From Nemertoderma westbladi (Eukaryota > Animalia > Xenacoelomorpha): a stretch of 64,000 nucleotides of DNA. The DNA is taken from positions 1 to 64,000 of the forward strand of contig JAUCBJ010007776.1 in assembly GCA_032718475.1 (NCBI GenBank), written 5' to 3'. Of the stretch, positions 1 through 9,934 are shown piece after piece (the first letter of the stretch is position 1; every line of letters begins with the position of its first letter). Position numbers and translations under genes: made by a program. The notes under the pieces were generated by a model. The model was not told the DNA's origin and searched no databases. It saw only the letters and a program-made list of their open reading frames with translations.

Positions 1-793
1 TGAAACTCACTTAACTAACTAACTAATTAATCAATCAAATCTTAACGAATCGAACCTTAACGCATCTTAACATACTTACTTAATTTAATTGCATTAATCA
101 TATTGTTTGTACTGTTATTTTACCGTCAGTTATTAATTGTACCTATTTGTTGATGGAAATATTGCTCTTTGGATAATACGGATAAATCACCCAAATTCCC
201 AATTTTCTTGATACACTACAGGTTAGAGAGACCGGTTATACATAACAATTGCGATTTATATTAATGTGGTGTGTATTGAATCCAATGTTATTTAGCAGAC
301 CCTACGTGAGTCAATTACTGCTCTCTTTATGTGTGATCAAATATACTGACTGTCGGCAGAATAGTGTGTACGATCGTGATTGGTAACAAAGTATTTCCTA
401 AAGAATACGCTTTATACTTTAATCATAAGCAGTATCGTTGCGTTTTAGTATAAGTCTTAGTTCTGTTTAAATAGATAAAGCGCCACGTCCTAAAGGAACT
501 GTTAATATTTCCCGAAAGCCAATAATATCTGTCAGAGATTAATTATTAACGATCTATTGAATAATACAGTAGGTATACACTGCAACCTTACACTGCAATA
601 ATAAAATTCAAGCATCCGAATTCAGTCTCCCGGGTGTAGATCCATCGGGTGAATGATCGCGCATGGGCTGACTTCGGCTAGTGTTTTGCGTATTAGCATA
701 AATTATTGTCGTATGCTAAAGTGGTTTTAATTAACTAAAAGACATATAAATTTTGGCAGGTTAAACTGCTAAAGGTCTTCAAAAGCGCGAACA
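1..793 (+). mobile_element. 3' part of a diverged LTR related to the LTRs of the BEL element at 36477-48499 (solo or 3' LTR, starts upstream of the window)
   Basis: The reverse complement aligns colinearly with 36477-37200, e.g. the shared blocks aatattaacagttcctttaggacgtggcg, gcgcgatcattcacccg and cccgggaga. It ends ...aagcgcgaACA at 793, matching the LTR terminus tgttcgcgcttt. Confidence 0.85.
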
Positions 794-905
794 ATATCTG
801 ATGAAGTCCCCAGTCGGTACGAAATATATTATAATACTGTTATAATCTCGCAACAAATTTAATTATATTTAGTTTAAATAATGTCGGAAAAATAAAATCG
901 TTCCA

Positions 906-1048
906 TCTATGAAATGTGCCGATTTGTATTTCTCTGGCCTCTGTTTGGTAAATAAATTCTGTATTATCTATACAATTTACGCAATTTTGTCGACAGGCCG
1001 GCACAGCATCCTTAAAAATGCAGCTGCAATGCAGCATGCCGATACTAG
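906..1048 (+). mobile_element. Short non-autonomous Helitron-like element or Helitron 3' end
   Basis: GC hairpin gcagctgc-aat-gcagcatgc (1020-1039) followed by CTAG|T at 1045-1049. Candidate 5' ends are A|TCTAT at 906 or 967. Confidence 0.4.
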
Positions 1049-1049
1049 T

Positions 1050-3065
1050 AGTTCTCCACTCCTACTACCCCTTTCTACACTCACACTACCCCTTTCTTCG
1101 CCCCTACTACCCCTTTCTACACTTACACTACCCCTTCCTTCACTCCCACTACCCCTATATTCACTCCTACTACCCCTTTCTACACTCACACTACCCCTTT
1201 CTAAACTCACACTACCCCTTTCTTCACCCCTACTACCCCTTTCTTCACTCCTACTACCCCTTTCTTCACCCCTACTACCCCTTTCTTCACTCCTACTACC
1301 CCTATATTCACTACTACTACCCCTTTCTACACTCACACTACCCCTTTCTACACTCACACTACCCCTTTCTTCGCCCCTACTACCCCTTTCTACACTTACA
1401 CTACCCCTTTCTCCACTCCTACTACCCCTTTCTACACTCCCACTACCCCTTTCTTCACTCCCACTACCCCTATATTCACTCCTACTACCCCTTCCTTCAC
1501 TCCCACTACCCCTATATTCACTCCTACTACCCCTTTCTACACTCACACTACCCCTTTCTACACTCACACTACCCCTTTCTACACTCACACTACCCCTTTC
1601 TTCACCCCTACTACCCATTTCTTCACTCCTACTACCCCTTTCTTCACCCCTACTACCCCTATATTCACTCCTACTACCCCTTTCTACACTCACACTACCC
1701 CTATATTCACTCCTACTACCCCTTTCTTCACTCCTACTACCCCTTTCTTCACTCCAAATACCCATTTCTCCACTCCCACTACCCCTATATTCACTCCTAC
1801 TACCCCTTTCTACACTCCCACTACCCCTATATTCACTCCTACTACCCCTTCCTTCACTCCCACTACCCCTATATTCACTCCTACTACCCCTTTCTTCACT
1901 CCTACTACCCCTTTCTTCACTCCAAATACCCATTTCTCCACTCCCACTACCCCTATATTCACTCCTACTACCCCTTTCTACACTCCCACTACCCCTATAT
2001 TCACTCCTACTACCCCTTTCTACACTCACACTACCCCTTTCTTCACCCCTACTACCCCTTTCTTCACTCCTACTACCCCTTTCTTCACCCCTACTACCCC
2101 TTTCTTCACCCCTACTACCCCTTTCTTCACTCCTACTACCCCTTCCTTCACTCCCACTACCCCTATATTCACTCCTACTACCCCTTTCTACACTCACACT
2201 ACCCCTTTCTACACTCACACTACCCCTTTCTTCACCCCTACTACCCCTTTCTTCACTCCTACTACCCCTTTCTTCACCCCTACTACCCCTTTCTTCACTC
2301 CTACTACCCCTTCCTTCACTCCCACTACCCCTATATTTACTCCTACTACCCCTTTCTACACTCACACTACCCCTATATTCACCCCTACTACCCCTTTCTT
2401 CACCCCTACTACCCCTTTCTTCACTCCTACTACCCCTTTCTTCACCCCTACTACCCCTTTCTTCACTCCTACTACCCCTTCCTTCACTCCCACTACCCCT
2501 ATATTCACTCCTACTACCCCTTTCTACACTCACACTACCCCTTTCTTCACCCCTACTACCCCTTTCTTCACTCCTACTACCCCTTCCTTCACTCCCACTA
2601 CCCCTATATTCACTCCTACTACCCCTTTCTACACTCACACTACCCCTTTCTTCCCCCCTACTACCCCTTTCTACACTTACACTACCCCTTTCTCCACTCC
2701 TACTACCCCTTTCTACACTCCCACTACCCCTTTCTTCACTCCCACTACCCCTATATTCACTCCTACTACAGCTTCCTTCACTCCCACTACCCCTATATTC
2801 ACTCCTACTACCCCTTTATACACTCCCACTACCCCTATATTCACTCCTTCTACCCCTTCCTTCACTCCCACTACCCCTATATCCACTCCTACTACCCCTT
2901 TCTTCACTCCTACTACCCCTTTCTTCACTCCAAATACCCATTTCTCCACTCCCACTACCCCTATATTCACTCCTACTACCCCTTTCTACACTCCCACTAC
3001 CCCTATATTCACTCCTACTACCCCTTTCTTCACTCCTACTACCCCTTTCTTCACTCCAAATACCC
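1050..3065. repeat. 21-bp C/T-rich minisatellite (ctactacccctttcttcactc variants), about 95 copies
   Basis: Direct reading; 7-residue periodicity in three overlapping ORFs. Confidence 0.95.
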
Positions 3066-3453
3066 ATAATCTCGCAACAAATTTAATTATATTTATACTA
3101 TGAATCAACCATCATTAACTCAATTAATTATCGCTATTATTTAAACTCTTATTATAAAGTGATGTTGTTCATCCTTTTCTTCATTAATCATCGGATTGGA
3201 TTGGCTTCATATATTATTTATTTATCATCTGATTGGCTGCAGATTTCCACCATTAATTATCTGATTGGCTGCAGATTTCCTCCATTAATCAACTGATTGG
3301 TTCCTGTTTGATGATGTACTTCTGATTGGCTGCTGCATTGCATCATTTACAGCTGATTGAGTACAGATATGGTTCCCCACTCCTTGAACCTAATATTATT
3401 ACATGTATTTAATATTGTTCTCCCCCCTAACACAGGTCACACTACTTCCTTAG

Positions 3454-3766
3454 GCCAACCCCGATCTGTTTGGCTTCAGTACATCTCATACAACCAGGGC
3501 ACCCCGGCCTGGAGAACAGAATGGCCTTGACTACCACTTCACTACCAGGGAGACAATGCGAGATGCAATCGCTCGTGGCGATATGTTAGAGTTTGCCGAG
3601 TTCTCTGGGAATCTATATGGGACGAGCAAGCGAGCGGTGCAAGCCGTTAGCTTGGATGGAAAAGTCTGCATTCTTGATGTGGATGCCCAGGGAGTTCGGA
3701 ATATCAAACAGACAGATTTGAATCCGCTTTATGTATTTCTTAAACCCCCAAGTATTAAAGTTCTGG
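3454..3766 (+). CDS. GUK1: Guanylate kinase, internal exon
   Basis: Translates as [29 protein letters not shown]...[11 protein letters not shown]...[14 protein letters not shown]...[12 protein letters not shown], the guanylate kinase signature. Acceptor cttccttag|3454, donor G|gtgagt at 3767 (phase 1). Confidence 0.88.
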
Positions 3767-4612
3767 GTGAGTTAAATTATTCTGAGTTAGATACCTTAGC
3801 TGCTTAACTACCCATCTACCTACCTACCAACCTACCTACTAGTGATGCGACAGTGCTCCGGGCCAATTTTCTGGCTCCGGCTCTAGTTCCGGCTCCGGGA
3901 AAATTAACCAGGAACCAATCCGGAGCTTATGTTTTTTAAATTCGAATGAAAATAATAAGTTTTTTTGATGTATGAATAATGTAAATTACAGAGATCATAG
4001 TATTTAACATATCTCATTACGTAATTCGGTCCCGAACAATTCGGTCCCGAACAATTCGGTCCCGGACAATTCGGTCCCGGACAATTCGGTCCCGGACAAT
4101 TCATTCCGGACAACTCGGTCCGGACAATTCGGTCCCAAAACACTAAATAAATGGGATCGAATTGTCTGGGGGAGCTGGGACCGAATTGTCCGGTTCCTGA
4201 TAGCAACTTTTTAGTGCTTTTTTGATATAGGGTTGGTGACTCAAAAAAAACATTTCTATAAACACGTTCATAAAATGTAAAAAGGTGTGCTGATCACGAA
4301 TCTGAAAACCGTTATTATATTCATCGAGTTCTGGCTGAGATTGAGGGGTTTATACACAAGCGCGGGAAAATCTTAGTTTAAACGCTCTGATTTACACTGT
4401 ACCACTTACTGTTCCACTTTGTCTCTACGCAACGCTAACAACATTAACTAGCTAACAGCATACAGTTTACTATTGTTTGATATAGGCTAATTTTAGTTAT
4501 AAAGATAAGTATAAGTTTGACACAACAATGTAATGTTCATTGTTTAACCCTATTAGTACCGGGCTATAAAATGTTGACCCCCCCCCCCCCCCCCCCCCCT
4601 AAAATCTTCTCT

Positions 4613-5254
4613 TGACGACTTCCAGTACCTAGGATCATGAATAGAGAGTAGCAAAAAGGACATAGAAGTTAGGAATTCAAAGGCTTGGGTAGCTCTATCA
4701 AAAATGGATACCATCTGGAAATCAGATCCCTCCAGGCACCTGAAGACTAAGTTCTTTCGAGCCACAGTGGAAAGTGTATTTTTATACGGGGGTGAGACCT
4801 GGACACTGACTAAATCACTTGAACAACGAATTGATGGTTGCTACACAAGACTACTAAGGGTAGCCATAAACATCAGCTGGAGAAAACACATGACAAACGC
4901 CGAGCTTTATGGTACAATACCACCTGTATCAACCACCCTCCGTAAACGCAGATTAAGATTCAGTGGGCACTGCTGGCGAAGTAAAGACGAGGTAATACCA
5001 GATCTACTTCTCTGGCAACCAACTCATGGAAAGCGTAGTCGTGGACGACCTGCCATAACATATATAGATCAACTTGAAAGGGATACTGAACTTGGGAGAA
5101 ACGAAATTGCGACAACTATGGAGAATCGGGAAGCCTGGAAGGATCTCATTCCCACTGTCCGAGTTCGCTGGACCTAGTAGTAGTTGGAGAATCGGGAAGC
5201 CTGGAAGGATCTCATTCCCACTGTCCGAGTTCGCTCGACTTAGTATTAGTAGTA
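4613..5254 (+). mobile_element. 5'-truncated RTE-clade LINE (3' end of RT and C-terminal region), same family as 28883-32477
   Basis: ORF 4704-5177 is nearly identical to the C-terminal part of ORF 28961-29812; (TAG)n tail. Confidence 0.92.
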
Positions 5255-5429
5255 ACGGTTATATTACTAACACATATTGGATATTCCTACTGCTCTACGT
5301 GGCCTAGCCAATGAATGCACTCCAATCAGATGGTATTCTGTCCCATCATTGGCTATCCTATTAATCTCTCCTTCGGCAATCCCTGCTGCCATTATCCCTA
5401 CGTGCTAGCCCCCTTTGCCCCCTTGAGAT

Positions 5430-5885
5430 GGTTTATGGCCTATCAGTAACCGACAGTAATGCAGTTTCAGTACTATGTAATGGTCGATATGCACTTTCCA
5501 TTGGCTCATTAAGAGAGTTCATATCCATATGTTTCATTAGCTGTATAGCTACGGCATTCTCAGTTAACTTGGCTATGTATATGAGATGTGAGACTGGTCT
5601 AAAGTTCTTAAAAACTTCTGGGTCCAGACGCAGCTTCTTCAGTACCGGCGATAATACCGCTTCTTTGAAAAGTTGTGGAACTGTAGAAGTTGAAGTGACA
5701 AATTAATAATTATTGTGATAATGGGTAGAAGTAACTTGATGGATAATTTAACGAAACGCGTTGGCATCGGGTCACACGGACTAGATTTCGATTTCGAGTT
5801 CTTTATTAGAGCTACAGTATCAGCTGTGGACAGGTCATCAAATATTCGGAAGGAATTGTTTGGAGATTCAGTTAGAGCTGCTGCC
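5430..5885 (-). mobile_element. CR1/L2-group LINE reverse-transcriptase fragment, decayed
   Basis: Minus-strand peptides [27 protein letters not shown] and [22 protein letters not shown]...[14 protein letters not shown], typical of the CR1/L2 RT N-terminus; frameshifted. Confidence 0.8.
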
Positions 5886-7502
5886 GGAGTAACCATTACC
5901 GGATTCGGATCCGCTGGTGTAGCGGTTACCGGATTCAGACCCGCTGGAGTAACGGTTACCGGTTTCGGACCCGCTGGAGTAACGGTTACCGGTTTCGGAC
6001 CCGCCGGAGTAACGGTTACCGGTTTCGGACCCGCTGGAGTAACGGTTACCGGTTTCGGACCCGCCGGAGTAACGGTTACCGTTTACGGACCCGCTGGAGT
6101 AACGGTTGCCGAGTTCGGACCCGCTGGAGTAACAGTTACCGTATTCGAACCTGCTGCAGTAACGGTTACCGGATTCCGACCCGCAGGAGTTACAGTTAAC
6201 GGATTCGGACCGCTGGAGTAACGGTTACCGGTTTCGGACCCGCTGGAGTAACGGTTACCGGTTTCGGACACGCTGGAGTAACAGTTACCGGATTCGGACC
6301 CGCCGGAGTAACGGTTACCGGTTTCGGACCCGCTGGAGTAACGGTTACCGGTTTCGGACCCGCCGGAGTAACGGTTACCGGATTCGGACCCGCCGGAGTA
6401 ACGGTTACCGGTTTCGGACCCGCTGGAGTAACGGTTACCGGTTTCGGACCCGCTGGAGTAACGGTTACCGGTTTCGGACCCGCTGGAGTAACGGTTGCCG
6501 AGTTCGGACCCGCCGGAGTAACGGTTACCGGTTTCGGACCCGCTGGAGTAACGGTTACCGGTTTCGGACCCGCCGGAGTAACGGTTACCGGTTTCGGACC
6601 CGCTGGAGTAACGGTTACCGTTTACGGACCCGCTGGAGTAACGGTTGCCGAGTTCGGACCCGCTGGAGTAACGGTTACCGGTTTCGGACCCGCTGGAGTA
6701 ACAGTTACCGTATTCGAACCTGCTGCAGTAACGGTTACCGGATTCCGACCCGCAGGAGTTACAGTTAACGGATTCGGACCGCTGGAGTAACGGTTACCGG
6801 TTTCGGACCCGCTGGAGTTACAGTTAACGGATTCGAACCTGCTGCAGTAACGGTTACCGGATTCCGACCCGCAGGAGTTACAGTTAACGGATTCGGACCG
6901 CTGGAGTAACGGTTACCGGATTCCGACCCGCAGGAGTTACAGTTAACGGATTCGGACCGCTGGAGTAACGGTTGCCGAGTTCGGACCCGCTGGAGTAACG
7001 GTTACCGGTTTCGGACCCGCTGGAGTAACAGTTAACGTATTCGAACCTGCTGCAGTAACGGTTACCGGATTCCGACCCGCAGGAGTTACAGTTAACGGAT
7101 TCGGACCGCTGGAGTAACGGTTACCGGATTCCGACCCGCAGGAGTTACAGTTAACGGATTCGGACCGCTGGAGTAACGGTTGCCGAGTTCGGACCCGCTG
7201 GAGTAACGGTTACCGGTTTCGGACCCGCTGGAGTAACGGTTACCGGTTTCGGACCTGCTGGAGTAACAGTTACCGGATTCGGACCCGCCGGAGTAACGGT
7301 TACCGGTTTCGGACCCGCTGGAGTAACAGTTACCGTATTCGAACCTGCTGCAGTAACGGTTACCGGATTCCGACCCGCAGGAGTTACAGTTAACGGATTC
7401 GGACCCGCCGGAGTAACGGTTACCAGTTTCGGACCCGCTGGAGTAACAGTTACCGGTTTCGGACCCGCTGGAGTAACGGTTACCGGTTTCGGACACGCTG
7501 GA
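5880..7502. repeat. 30-bp GC-rich minisatellite (ccgctggagtaacggttaccggtttcggac), about 54 copies
   Basis: Direct reading; internal palindrome gtaac-g-gttac; variant units recur in higher-order blocks. Confidence 0.95.
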
Positions 7503-8470
7503 TCAGCAACAGTTTAGGTCTAATTCTGAAATATCAATGTTTTCACAAGTGTTTTTATCATTTCAAGGAAATGCTAGCTAGTAACAAAAAATACTAGCTA
7601 CACCTTAATAAATAATATATAATAATGTTCTCGAACACTTACCAATAAATAAAGTAAAAAAAAATACAGTATATTTAAAATTTCAAAATATTCTAGCAAG
7701 TAAATAACACTAGCTACCATAACAAATATCTGTACTAATGTTCTAGAACATTTACCAATATCAAAAAAGCACTAAAAAGTTGCAATCAGGAACCGGACAA
7801 TTCGGTCTCGGACAATTCGGTCCCGGACAATTCGGTCTCGGACAATTCGGTCCCGGACAATTCGGTCCCGGACAATTCGGTCCCGGACAATTCGGTCCCG
7901 GACAATTCGGTCCCGGACAATTCGGTCCCGGACAATTCGGTCCCGGACAATTCGGTCCCGGACAATTCGGTCCCGGACAATTCGGTCCCGGACAATTCGG
8001 TCTCGGACAATTCGGTCCCGGACAATTCGGTCCCGGACAATTCGGTCCTGGACAATTCGGTACCGGACAATTCGGTCCCGGACAATTCGGTACCATTTAT
8101 TTAGTGTTTTGGGACCGATTTGTCCGGGACCGAATTGTCCGGGACCGAATTGTCCGGACCGAATTGTCCTACATAATAGCATGCGACTGTAAAATGCTAA
8201 TTTCCCTAACTTAATTATTAATAATTTAACATTGTAGCGTGGCGAGCTATTAAATTAATTCGCCGAGTAAGAATCCCTCTTGTCTCATGAACTCATACCT
8301 ATCTATGTCTACTATAATAATGCACTTGAATTATCAAACACCAAACCCCCGGCTCCGACTCTGGATAAATTTTAGCTCTGTCGCATCCCTACCTACATAC
8401 ATCTACCATCCAGCCTGCCCTATATTACTCTATAATTGTTCTATCAGCTATTATTTTATTGCCCGTATAG

Positions 8471-8664
8471 AACAACGCCTGCGCTCTAGAGCCACTGAAA
8501 CAGACGTCAGTCTGAGACTCCGACTAACTACTGCTGTCGGAGAGATGGAATACGGTGAGACCGTGGGAAACTTCCATCATATCATAGTAAACGATGAGCT
8601 GGAAGTAGCCTATAAAGAGTTCGAGGCAGTAATGATGTCAGTTGTATCGGAACTTGAGTCATAA
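8471..8664 (+). CDS. GUK1: Guanylate kinase, terminal exon
   Basis: Acceptor tatag|8471. G+AA restores the frame as EQRLRSRATETDVSLRLRL...FHHIIVNDELEVAY, ending at TAA 8662-8664. Matches the GUK C-terminal LEQRLR.R.TET and IVNDxL motifs. Confidence 0.88.
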
Positions 8665-8705
8665 TTAATTGATATTGATTATTGATATATATTAGTCATT
8701 AATAA

Positions 8706-9203
8706 TGTGTTGGGTGTTTAAGTATGGGTGGATACGGCGGGTGTTTAAGTATGGGTGGATACGGCGGGTGTTTAAGTATGGGTGGATACGGCGGGTGTTT
8801 AAGTATGGGTGGATACGGCGGGTGTTTAAGTATGGGTGGATACGGCGGGTGTTTAAGTATGGGTGGATACGGCGGGTGTTTAAGTATGGGTGGATACGGC
8901 GGGTGTTTAAGTATGGGTGGATACGGCGGGTGTTTAAGTATGGGTGGATACGGCGGGTGTTTAAGTATGGGTGGATACGGCGGGTGTTTAAGTATGGGTG
9001 GATACGGCGGGTGTTTAAGTTTGGGTGGATACGGCGGGTGTTTAAGTATGGGTGGATACGGCGGGTGTTTAAGTATGGGTGGATACGGCGGGTGTTTAAG
9101 TATGGGTGGATACGGCGGGTGTTTAAGTATGGGTGGATACGGCGGGTGTTTAAGTATGGGTGGATACGGCGGGTGTTTAAGTATGGGTGGATACGGCGGG
9201 TTT
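8706..9203. repeat. 27-bp homogeneous minisatellite (gggtgtttaagtatgggtggatacggc), about 18 copies
   Basis: Direct reading; one variant unit at about 9021. Confidence 0.95.
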
Positions 9204-9207
9204 TTAA

Positions 9208-9930
9208 CCCTATCTGGCCCGGGTATTTTACAACGTAGTAATTGGTTCATGGTTCATTTTAGAAATTTTTTTGATCGTGGCTAAAAATTAAAATTTTATT
9301 GGTATAAGGGTTTTCGAGGTCGCTGTTTACAATAAAACTTGTTTAAAATATTTCTGGAAATGCAAACGTATTTTTTGGTGACATTCTGTTGCCCCAGAAC
9401 GAAAAGTACAAGTAGTAAAAACTGTTAAATGTTGCCTTGGTTTTGTAATTCTGAAGCTATATTGGTTTTCAAGGTCGCTGATTACGATACAATTCGTTAA
9501 AAATCATTCGTGGTAACGCAACTATCATTTTTGGTGTTTGTCTGATGGGACCAAAAAATACAAGTATCAAAAAATGTCAAACCGCTAAAATCGAATTTGT
9601 TTGGATAAAACGTTATTTTTGAGTGTCATATTCGTGATCAGCGTCCCAGGAAACAAAGAATGTCTAAAAATCATGTTGATTTGGTAATTATTTTTTATTA
9701 TTAAATTTGTGCTACTTTATAGCACGAAAAATACTGGAGATGGGTGCCGGAATGGGACCACTACACGAAAACTGACAGCCATGTTATAATGACTTAAGTT
9801 ATATTGGATAGCCCATTAAATTTTAGGAAAATTCACGAAATCTCAGTTTTCCCACTAAACCTGACTGAAAAATACAGTTAAATTAAAAAAAAAATTCTAA
9901 AATAGACATCACCAACCGGGCCTAATGGTG
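9208..9930. mobile_element. Non-autonomous DNA element with piggyBac-like ends
   Basis: Left end TTAA|ccctatctggcccgg, right end ccgggcctaatggtg|TTAT (degenerate TIR and TSD). A similar left end, ttaaccctattagtaccggg, occurs at about 4544. Confidence 0.45.
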
Positions 9931-9934
9931 TTAT

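Larger units (their letters stand above)
4017..8176. mobile_element. Foldback/MITE-like element with long inverted arms built from 15-bp repeats (ggtcccggacaattc)
   Basis: 4022-4228 is the reverse complement of 7758-8170, including the unique blocks cccaaaacactaaataaatgg and ccggttcctga..gcaactttttagtgcttttttgatat. Repeat copy number differs between arms. Confidence 0.75.
3840..8391. mobile_element. Non-autonomous TIR DNA transposon (hAT-like TAG(G/T)GATG termini), expanded by nested insertions
   Basis: Left end tagtgatgcgacagtgct versus reverse complement of right end tagggatgcgacagagct (16/18 match). Subterminal ggctcc repeats at both ends. Flanked by cctac in a (ccta)n tract. Confidence 0.65.

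Noticed and set aside
909-3086. Long ORFs of 553-725 aa (Leu/Pro/Ser, His/Tyr/Pro, Arg/Gly/Ser repeats)
   Set aside because: They arise from a stop-free 21-bp minisatellite open in several frames on both strands. No unique domain is present.
4228-4552. Possible small element bounded by tagggtt...aacccta
   Set aside because: Only a 7-bp inverted match with no TSD; the right motif is better explained as a TTAA-CCCT piggyBac-like start.
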